Source: an uncultured Clostridium sp. (lineage in GTDB: Bacteria; Bacillota_I; Bacilli_A; RF39; UBA660). Taken from it: DNA of 64,000 nucleotides. This document shows, one piece after another, positions 47,063 to 54,582 of this stretch. The position numbers were made by a program, and so were the translations under genes. Within the stretch, counting starts at the first letter, position 1, and each line of letters begins with the position of its first letter. The stretch spans positions 812 to 64,811 of the forward strand of contig CAMIWC010000006.1 of assembly GCA_946402315.1 (NCBI GenBank). The letters are read 5' to 3'. The notes below the pieces were generated by a model. The model was not told where the DNA came from. It ran no database searches and worked only from the letters and a program-made list of their open reading frames with translations.

Positions 47063-48682
47063 ATGGCTTTAAGGGATAAATTCGAAAATCTATTAATTAA
47101 TTGTCAAGTTGGAGATTATTATTCTCCAATAGATAATTTTATGATGGAACAAAGTAGAGGAATCCTTTTTAGTAAAAAAAAGAGAGAATTTGTAGAATTA
47201 ATTCCTACAGTAATTCACTATAGTAATTCTAATAATATATCTTGGATATCTCTTCCTAGAATAGAAGCTTTTTCAGGATTTTGTGAAGCTGTTAGACAAG
47301 GAATATATTCTACTGATTTATATGATAGACATCTTTTATATTCAATGTTGTTATCCCGTATAAATAATCCTGATATTTATAATGATGAATTATTAGCTCA
47401 TCTAGCGAGTCTAGATTTATTTCCTTCAGATATTACACTGTTAGTTGAAGATATGTGTAGGGTTAATTTAGATGCAGCTGATAAATATATTCAATTGATA
47501 AAAGGTACAATTAAAAATCCTAAGTTAGTAGCGTCTATTTTTTATTCAATTACTTGTAGTTGTAACTATTATGAAGAATATGGAAACTATCAACCGATAT
47601 TTAGAAATATAGATTTCTTTATGGATGGTATGAATAATTTATATGAGCTATACTCTAAGGTTGATAAAGATAAGGATACTCAAGAAAAAGTTCGTCAAAG
47701 AATTCTGGCTGACTTAGATAGTGTACTAACTAGAATTCCAATTAATCAAGCAGTAAAGTTAATTGAACTATGTGATAAAGAAGAAGATCGAAAGAAAGTA
47801 ATTGATTATATAAAAGATCATTTTGATGAACTAACTGAGTTTTATTCAGGTGTGAGTTTATTTGATGTGTTAATAACTGACCTTCAAGGAATACCAGAAC
47901 TAGATAAAAAGAGAAGAGAATTTGTCAATGAGAACTTTGAAGATTTAATTCCTAGAATGTTTTTTCAAGGTGCTCGTTATGATAAGGAAAAAGAAGCAGC
48001 ACGAAAAGAAGTAAAACCAGTCCTTGAAATTCTATTCGATGAATTATGTCAAAATGAAGGGGTTGAATATGCTGATATCTCTATGCTTGGAGAAGGACAT
48101 TTTACGAAAGTATTCCAAGTAGGAGAAAAAGTAATAAAAATAGGTAGAGGAAGATATACACATAAGTTTCCTAATAATCCTTATATAGTCGCAATGTTAC
48201 TTAGAAGGAATATTGAGTTACCTAAAGAAAACATATTTATTGAAATAACCGAAATGGTTGATCAAGTAGACAATAAACAAGTTGGCGATGAAGAGCTATA
48301 TGAATTATATAGTAAGATGCGTGCGATTGGATTAGAGTGGATGGATATTGAAGCAAGAAATGTTGGTAGACTAAGAAGAGATAATATCATTTATTGGAAA
48401 GATGGACTAGAACCGACTGATGAATCTTTAGGACTAGATTCTAGAGTTGGAGAAGATATAGTTTTAAAAGCAGGGGATTTAGTCATAATTGACAGTGATT
48501 TTATTTATAGAACTGGTGAGATCCCACGAAAATTAATTGATGCTTCTGAAGAAGACCGTTGGTCGTTCATGACTAAATGGATAGCGTTCAAAAAAAGATA
48601 TGACAAAGAACATTCAATTGGTGAACGCCCAAAAACCAAAATTTACACAAGGTTTACCAAATCTTTACACGAAAACAATTAA
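47063..48682 (+). CDS. Protein with a helical N-domain and a C-terminal atypical protein-kinase-like domain
   Basis: Gly-rich loop LGEGHFTKVF followed by KVIKIG (VAIK-like Lys). Catalytic-loop-like D428-IEAR-N433. DFG-like IID477-SDF. Confidence 0.5.
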   Translation: MALRDKFENLLINCQVGDYYSPIDNFMMEQSRGILFSKKKREFVELIPTVIHYSNSNNISWISLPRIEAFSGFCEAVRQGIYSTDLYDRHLLYSMLLSRINNPDIYNDELLAHLASLDLFPSDITLLVEDMCRVNLDAADKYIQLIKGTIKNPKLVASIFYSITCSCNYYEEYGNYQPIFRNIDFFMDGMNNLYELYSKVDKDKDTQEKVRQRILADLDSVLTRIPINQAVKLIELCDKEEDRKKVIDYIKDHFDELTEFYSGVSLFDVLITDLQGIPELDKKRREFVNENFEDLIPRMFFQGARYDKEKEAARKEVKPVLEILFDELCQNEGVEYADISMLGEGHFTKVFQVGEKVIKIGRGRYTHKFPNNPYIVAMLLRRNIELPKENIFIEITEMVDQVDNKQVGDEELYELYSKMRAIGLEWMDIEARNVGRLRRDNIIYWKDGLEPTDESLGLDSRVGEDIVLKAGDLVIIDSDFIYRTGEIPRKLIDASEEDRWSFMTKWIAFKKRYDKEHSIGERPKTKIYTRFTKSLHENN

Positions 48683-48807
48683 AAATATACATATTTTTAC
48701 TATTTTTTACAAAATATATTTACAATTATATGATATAATAATGTAAATCAAAAGAGTTTGATTTTATAGACAAAACACTTATAATATAAGGAAAAGGAAG
48801 TGCTTTT

Positions 48808-49545
48808 ATGACTAAGAAAAAAGTAATTTATTCATTGATTTTTATTTTCTCTTTAGCTTTATTATGGGAATTAAAATGTACTGATCTTTGGATTAAACAA
48901 GAAGAAAATAAAGTTGAAAAGAAAAAAGAACAAAAACATGAGGAAGGAACACAACAAAAGAATGAGGACATGATCCCAGAGGTATCTTATTACGTTGATA
49001 AGTACAAAAATAATGATATTAAAGGAGTATTATATATACCTAATACAGATATCCTAGAACCAATTGTTCAAGCTGATGATAATGAATATTATTTAAATAG
49101 AGATTTATATAAAAAGAAAGATACGCGCGGATCTTTATTCTTAGATTATCGTGTTACTATTAATTCCGGTAGAAAGAATCTAATCTATAGTCATAATTCT
49201 AATTATCATGATGTTCCTTTTAAAGAGTTAGAAAACTACTATGAAAAAGATTATTATAAAGAACATAAATATATATATTTAAGAGACAAAGATAAAGTAT
49301 ATAAATACTTAATCTTCTCAGTATATGTTGAAACATCTGATTGGACTTATACTAAACTAAAATTTAACTCTGACAAGGAATGGTTAAAGCATTTAAACTA
49401 TTTAAAAAATAATTCATGGTATGATACGGGAGTTAAAGTAGATGGTAGTGATCAAGTGCTTATACTTCAAACTTGTTCACATCATAAAGATTATAAAAAG
49501 TATGAAAATAAATACTTACTTGTAATTGCTAAAAGAATAGCTTAG
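48808..49545 (+). CDS. srtB: Class B sortase (second copy)
   Basis: N-terminal TM segment. Motifs DIKGVLYIPNTDILEPIVQADDNEYYLNRD, NLIYSHNS (His) and the catalytic LILQTC. Confidence 0.8.
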   Translation: MTKKKVIYSLIFIFSLALLWELKCTDLWIKQEENKVEKKKEQKHEEGTQQKNEDMIPEVSYYVDKYKNNDIKGVLYIPNTDILEPIVQADDNEYYLNRDLYKKKDTRGSLFLDYRVTINSGRKNLIYSHNSNYHDVPFKELENYYEKDYYKEHKYIYLRDKDKVYKYLIFSVYVETSDWTYTKLKFNSDKEWLKHLNYLKNNSWYDTGVKVDGSDQVLILQTCSHHKDYKKYENKYLLVIAKRIA

Positions 49546-49598
49546 AACTTGAATTTAATAATTTAAGTTCTTTTTTTATGCAAATTTATTTTTTTCAT

Positions 49599-49627
49599 TT
49601 GACAAGAAAAATCAAAATCATTATTAT
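49599..49627 (+). promoter_or_regulatory. Sigma-A-type promoter for the adhesin gene, giving a leader of about 285 nt
   Basis: TTGACA (49599-49604), 17-nt spacer, TATTAT (49622-49627). Confidence 0.5.
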
Positions 49628-49918
49628 AGTAAGTCAATCGAAAACATATTGGATGTAATAGGTGCTTATGAAAGAGACCCTTTCTAAATTAAACTAATAA
49701 TGAATGCTAAAACTTTATTAGGAAATTAAATAAGCATATTCAATTGAAACTTGTAAAGAGAGACCCTTCTATAGAATAGTGCAAGTTCTATAGCGAGTCT
49801 ATTATCAGAAAATGTTTTACGAGATTTTAGGGGAAAGTTTTGGTTGAATTACAGAAGAATATATATTAATAGTACTCTTCTTAATTCATAAAGAAACGAA
49901 AGATTAAGGAGAGGAAAA

Positions 49919-51991
49919 ATGAAAAAAATAATAAAGTTATTTTTATTTGCTTTTGTTCTATTTGGTCTAGGTTTTGTAAAAGCTGATGCAGCAGTATACA
50001 AAGTAAATGTAGCTCTTAAGAATATTAATCCTACTGATGATTCAAAAGAATATACATTTTCATTACAAGGATCTGGTGCAACAAAAAATCTAAGTTATAC
50101 TCAACTTGAACCAAAAGGTTTTAAGGAAACAGTTAAGAGTGGAGATTGGATTTATACATTTGATGGATGGTATACAGAAGATGGAACTGCTATTAGTGAT
50201 TCTTATCATTATACTGATTTAGATGTAACTGTAACTCCTAATCCAACTGATAGAAAAATAAAGGTTGCTAGGGGAACAGCAGGAGCAGATGGGGAAGATT
50301 ATCTTAATATTTATGCTCATTGGACTAAGAAAAGCAGTGTATGTAATGTTACTATTACATTCCAAGAACAATCTTCAACTGGTGCCACAGTAAATAGTGG
50401 TAACGGAGTATCAGTTAGTGAAACTCAAAAACTAACTATTGGATCTAGTTGGACAAATGATAAATCTGTAGAACTTGCTAAACTTAAATTTTCTGAGGGT
50501 GGATATGTCTATGAGATTGATGGATGGTATTATAATGGAAGTAAAGTTTCTGAATCTTTATATGTAGATGGAAACCCTTATCGTATTAATCCAACTTTTG
50601 CTTGTACAGAAAACTCTACTGGAGTGCATGAATTTGTTTATACTTTAAAATGGACTGAATACAAAGCGCCTGTTATTATATTTAAATATATAAATGAAAT
50701 AAACAATAACAATGGAACAGGAAGTTGGAGTAATGAAAATGGTGGACCTAATGAATATACACATACATTTACTGAACCAACTGGAACAGATGATTATAAA
50801 TTCCTATATTGGAAAGTAGGAGACAAAGAATTAAAAGGTGGAGACTCATATACTATTTCATCTGATGGAATGGCATATGGTGAAACTAAAGAAGAGACTG
50901 CTTATGCTTGGTGGCAACCAGGAATAAAAGTTAATTATTATAATGAAGATAAAAGTGCATATAAGTTACAAGATGAATGGTCATTTGAAGACGTTCAAAT
51001 GATTAATGATTATCCTACTAAACCAGGATATGATTTTGCTGGTTGGGTAGATGAAAATGGTAATAAAGTAGATGTTGATACATTTACTAAACCAGATATT
51101 ACTACTGAACCAGGAAAAGCAGTAACAATTAAATTATATGCTTCTTATACTAGAATAATGGTTGATCTAAAACTAAACAAAGTTTGGGTTGATTTTAAAC
51201 CAGAATATCGTAAGTCTGTAACATTTGAAGTATATAAAGATAATGGAAATACTTTAGTTGGTACTTATACTTTATCTGCTGAAGAAGTATCTGAAACTGC
51301 TGATAATGTTTGGACTAAGACAGTTTCATTACCTAGATATGAGGAAGATGGAACATATATTGAATATACAGTTAAAGAAATCTCAGTTGAATACTATACT
51401 AGTGAAAGTGAATCAAATGATGATAATGATGAAATAACTGTAACAAATACAATAGAAAATGGTACTGTTGTTGTTAATCACGTAGATGAAGAAGACGGAA
51501 CAGTATTAAAATCTGAAACAATTGAAAAAGGTATCGGAGATAGTTATACAACTTCTGATACTACTATAGAGAACTATGAATATACTGGAGAATATGATGG
51601 AGAAACAAGTGGTTTCGTAACTCCAGAAGAAACCGTTGTTACTTATTACTATAGAGCTCTAATAGGAACAATTACAGTTTACTATGTAGACATAGATACA
51701 ATGGAAACTATGGAAACTGCTACATTCAGTGGTAAATATACAGTCGAATGGCCAAATATTTATAAAGATTTCGAAGACTATGAATTCGTTGAATCTGATA
51801 AAGAAATGACTGGTGTATTTGGTGATGGTGTAACAGAAATCACATTATTCTATACTAAGAATACAGGAGATGAAGGTGGAAAAGATGATGATGACATAAT
51901 AACACCTCCACATACTGATGCCGATATTCTTATTATTGAACAAACATTATACTTAGACGATCGTAAGTATAAGAAAAATAAAGACTTTTAA
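49919..51991 (+). CDS. Surface adhesin with Listeria-Bacteroides repeats, a CnaB-like domain and two MucBP-like domains
   Basis: Signal peptide. FDGWYTEDG, IDGWYYNG and FAGWVDENG units. CnaB-like LNKVWVDF...VTFEVYKDNG...YIEYTVKE. MucBP-like GTVVVNHVDEEDGTVL...VVTYYY and GTITVYYVDIDT...ITLFYTK. The C-terminal tail is atypical (PPHTDA...RKYKKNKDF). Confidence 0.7.
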   Translation: MKKIIKLFLFAFVLFGLGFVKADAAVYKVNVALKNINPTDDSKEYTFSLQGSGATKNLSYTQLEPKGFKETVKSGDWIYTFDGWYTEDGTAISDSYHYTDLDVTVTPNPTDRKIKVARGTAGADGEDYLNIYAHWTKKSSVCNVTITFQEQSSTGATVNSGNGVSVSETQKLTIGSSWTNDKSVELAKLKFSEGGYVYEIDGWYYNGSKVSESLYVDGNPYRINPTFACTENSTGVHEFVYTLKWTEYKAPVIIFKYINEINNNNGTGSWSNENGGPNEYTHTFTEPTGTDDYKFLYWKVGDKELKGGDSYTISSDGMAYGETKEETAYAWWQPGIKVNYYNEDKSAYKLQDEWSFEDVQMINDYPTKPGYDFAGWVDENGNKVDVDTFTKPDITTEPGKAVTIKLYASYTRIMVDLKLNKVWVDFKPEYRKSVTFEVYKDNGNTLVGTYTLSAEEVSETADNVWTKTVSLPRYEEDGTYIEYTVKEISVEYYTSESESNDDNDEITVTNTIENGTVVVNHVDEEDGTVLKSETIEKGIGDSYTTSDTTIENYEYTGEYDGETSGFVTPEETVVTYYYRALIGTITVYYVDIDTMETMETATFSGKYTVEWPNIYKDFEDYEFVESDKEMTGVFGDGVTEITLFYTKNTGDEGGKDDDDIITPPHTDADILIIEQTLYLDDRKYKKNKDF

Positions 51992-52033
51992 TAAGTCTTT
52001 TTTTTATTTATAATATAGTTAGGGTGATGGTAT

Positions 52034-52507
52034 ATGTTTAAAAGAAACGAAACAATTAAAGATGATATATTTAATCAACAAGAATACTTATTAGATTTAG
52101 AGATAAAAAGAGAGAAACTAATTTTTGTTAAAAGCAGATCACATATTAATTTAATTGGACTATTATTATTAATGGTTTTCTATGTTATGTTTGAACTAAT
52201 TAAATTAGATAAAGCACCAGTTTTAGTAACTATATTTAGTCTTATCCTTGTAGTAGTACTTGTACTATCATTATTCTTTACTATTAAATCAGAAAGAATC
52301 CATAAGATTAATTATAAATTAAGTAGTGAAGTTCTAATTAATAATGATTTAGATGCTAGAAGTGATAATCTTAGAGAAATACAAAATAAGTTAGAAAAAC
52401 AAAATAAAAAGAGAAGAAGAGATTTATTAGTATCATCTATATTCCTATATATATTCTTGTGTTTATTCTTAGTATTTGGACTAATAACAGTAATAGTGAT
52501 TTTATAA
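52034..52507 (+). CDS. Membrane protein, function unknown
   Basis: Hydrophobic segments (LIGLLLLMVFYVMF, VLVTIFSLILVVVLVLSLFF, VSSIFLYIFLCLFLVFGLITVIVI). agggtga RBS. Confidence 0.5.
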   Translation: MFKRNETIKDDIFNQQEYLLDLEIKREKLIFVKSRSHINLIGLLLLMVFYVMFELIKLDKAPVLVTIFSLILVVVLVLSLFFTIKSERIHKINYKLSSEVLINNDLDARSDNLREIQNKLEKQNKKRRRDLLVSSIFLYIFLCLFLVFGLITVIVIL

Positions 52508-52508
52508 T

Positions 52509-52673
52509 ATGGGACCTAGACAACCTGATTTAGATGATTTTATAGGATTTATGTTATCTACTGGTCAATTAGATGATAATTTTGGCCTAAAAGATGACGA
52601 TGATAAAGATAAAGATGATACTGAAGAAGAAGAGTCTTATCCAAAGAAAATAGGAACTTGGAAAGATAAATAA
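52509..52673 (+). CDS. Possible small acidic protein (54 aa) or gene remnant
   Basis: ATG lies 1 nt after the previous stop with no clear SD. It translates to MGPRQPDLDDFIGFMLSTGQLDDNFGLKDDDDKDKDDTEEEESYPKKIGTWKDK and is followed by the hairpin terminator agaggttta/taaacctct. Confidence 0.3.
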   Translation: MGPRQPDLDDFIGFMLSTGQLDDNFGLKDDDDKDKDDTEEEESYPKKIGTWKDK

Positions 52674-52727
52674 AAGAGGTTTAATAAACCTCTTTTTTTT
52701 GATACAATTTATATGATAGGTGATTGT

Positions 52728-53465
52728 ATGAAGATAGATAAAAAAAATATCGCAGTCTTAGTATTTTTATTAGCTTTAGGCATTATGTTTATTTTAATAA
52801 TATATGCTGCGAATTCAGATAAAAGTAAAAAGCCTAAGGAAGAGAAAAAAGAAGAGACCAAGAACGGTGATTCTAAACAGGCATTAATAGATGATGCTGA
52901 TGTTGATACATTATTTGATATTTTTTCTAAACTAGATACTGATTCAGATAGTTTGCGTTTAGTTATAGATGTTACTCCTTCTGAAGAAAGAAATGAAAGA
53001 GATTTAACTAATGAAGAAAAACTATTTGTAGTATTTAGTACTATTCCTTATAGAGAACATGGTGATGTAGATTGTGCTAATCTATCAGATTCATTTAGAA
53101 TCCCTGATAATCTATCTTGTACTAAAAGATCATATTCAATTCATAGAGGTATAGTTTTATCTAGATATGATGAATTATTTGGATATGATAAAGAATTAGA
53201 ATTAAATGATTTCTTAACTTATGTCTATGATGAAGAATCATATAAATATATATATCTAGAATCAAACCTAGAAGAAATAGAATATGATATGCCTAGAGCT
53301 AGATTAAGAGAAGCTTACATGGAAGATAATAAATTAATAATTAAATATGACTTAGATTATAGTACTGGAGATTATGGATACTATAAAGAAGAAGTAGTTT
53401 TAAAGTTTAAAAAGATTAATGATAATTATATATTTGAAAGTAAGAAAACTAATATATATAACTAG
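52728..53465 (+). CDS. Membrane-anchored extracytoplasmic protein, function unknown
   Basis: Start at ATG 52728 after aggtga. Signal anchor IAVLVFLLALGIMFILIIYA, then a K/E-rich linker and a globular domain. Confidence 0.5.
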   Translation: MKIDKKNIAVLVFLLALGIMFILIIYAANSDKSKKPKEEKKEETKNGDSKQALIDDADVDTLFDIFSKLDTDSDSLRLVIDVTPSEERNERDLTNEEKLFVVFSTIPYREHGDVDCANLSDSFRIPDNLSCTKRSYSIHRGIVLSRYDELFGYDKELELNDFLTYVYDEESYKYIYLESNLEEIEYDMPRARLREAYMEDNKLIIKYDLDYSTGDYGYYKEEVVLKFKKINDNYIFESKKTNIYN

Positions 53466-53667
53466 TACCTGCTAGTCCAAGATTACATGTTGTTCCAAGA
53501 GAAATTTCTCTTAGTGCACCATTAGGGAATCATGTTAGAAATGTTCAATTAGGTGATATTGGTAAGTATGTAGTTAAAGATGAAGAAACTAGTTTTAAAC
53601 TAGTTGCAAAAGCTGATACTTATGAAGAATTAGAAGCAAAAGTTAAATCATTAGGACCTATGGAGTA
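53462..53667 (+). pseudogene. Open frame of 68 codons with no start codon; possible 3' remnant of a lost gene
   Basis: The frame is open from 53462 to TAA 53665-53667 and reads LVPASPRLHVVPREISLSAPLGNHVRNVQLGDIGKYVVKDEETSFKLVAKADTYEELEAKVKSLGPME. It has no ATG/GTG/TTG near its 5' end and no RBS. The composition looks protein-like. Confidence 0.3.
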
Positions 53668-53697
53668 AAAAAAAGAGACTTTTAAGTCTCTTTTTTT
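53667..53697. terminator. Bidirectional intrinsic terminator
   Basis: A-run, stem agagact/agtctct, T-run. Confidence 0.65.
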
Positions 53698-54337
53698 ATA
53701 TACAATACCAATATATAAATAGGAAATGAAATATACTAGCTGCAAGTACAAATACATGAAATACTGAATGAATGTATTTTTTCTTTTTACCTATTAGATA
53801 TAGAACTGCACCTAATGAATATGCTACTCCTCCTAGGATTAAGAACATAACTCCTTTAAGAGTACATAGTTCAATTAAAGTTTTAATTATAATTAAACTT
53901 CCCCATCCTAGAACGAGATTAGATACAATAGACATCCAAGCGTATTTATTTAAGTTTATAGCAGTAAATACTACTGATACTATAGTAATAACCCATACTA
54001 TTAAGAATACTATCCAATTAAGAGGATTATGTAATAAACATAAACATATTGGTGTATATGTTCCAGCTAACATTAAAAGTACATTACAATGATCTAGTAC
54101 TCTTAATACTTTCTTTCCTGTAATTCTTGGACTTAATGCATGATATATACAAGATATTACATATAATAAAATAGTAAAAAAAGCATATATACAAGATGCT
54201 AAAACTGCTACTGGAGTAGTTGCTTTTATAATTAAAAGTATAAGTGCAACTATTCCTAAAATTGCTCCAATTCCATGAGTAATTGCATTAGTAATTTCTT
54301 CTCCTAAGGTGTATTTTGGTATCTTTACTTTTGCCAT
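53696..54337 (-). CDS. Hemolysin III / PAQR family membrane protein
   Basis: Start at ATG 54337 (MAKVKIPKY). Seven TM segments. Motifs EEITNAITHGIG, CIYHAL, RVLDHC and HSVFHVFVL. Confidence 0.85.
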   Translation of the reverse strand: MAKVKIPKYTLGEEITNAITHGIGAILGIVALILLIIKATTPVAVLASCIYAFFTILLYVISCIYHALSPRITGKKVLRVLDHCNVLLMLAGTYTPICLCLLHNPLNWIVFLIVWVITIVSVVFTAINLNKYAWMSIVSNLVLGWGSLIIIKTLIELCTLKGVMFLILGGVAYSLGAVLYLIGKKKKYIHSVFHVFVLAASIFHFLFIYWYCI

Positions 54338-54392
54338 TTTAATCACCATCTAAATTATAGCATATTTTTATTTAAAAAAATGCAAATTTTTG

Positions 54393-54535
54393 TTGACAAA
54401 ATAGACCTTTTCGATTAGTATAAGTATCACCAATTCGAAATGGCGAATTGGTCGCTAGTATCACACTAGCCAACCCCTTTTTATTCTTTTTTATGGAACT
54501 GTCCTTCAGGGGGGACAGTTCCTTTTTGTTTTATT
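54393..54535 (+). promoter_or_regulatory. Promoter plus structured leader plus intrinsic terminator upstream of the activase-type gene; candidate attenuator, riboswitch or sRNA of unknown class
   Basis: TTGACA (54393-54398), 17-nt spacer, TAGTAT (54416-54421). Hairpin accaattcg/cgaattggt (54429-54452). Hairpin gctagt/actagc (54454-54470). Terminator ggaactgtcc/ggacagttcc (54495-54522) plus a T-run. Confidence 0.5.
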
Positions 54536-54582
54536 GATACTTTTATCATAAAATGTTAAAATGTTATTTGAGGTCGTGTTTT

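Noticed and set aside
53440-53667. Programmed frameshift or stop-codon readthrough fusing the 52728 gene to the downstream 68-codon frame
   Set aside because: There is no convincing slippery heptamer or downstream stimulatory structure. The in-frame readthrough product terminates after about 20 codons. An extracytoplasmic protein fused to a cytoplasmic-looking tail is implausible, so a remnant is the simpler explanation.
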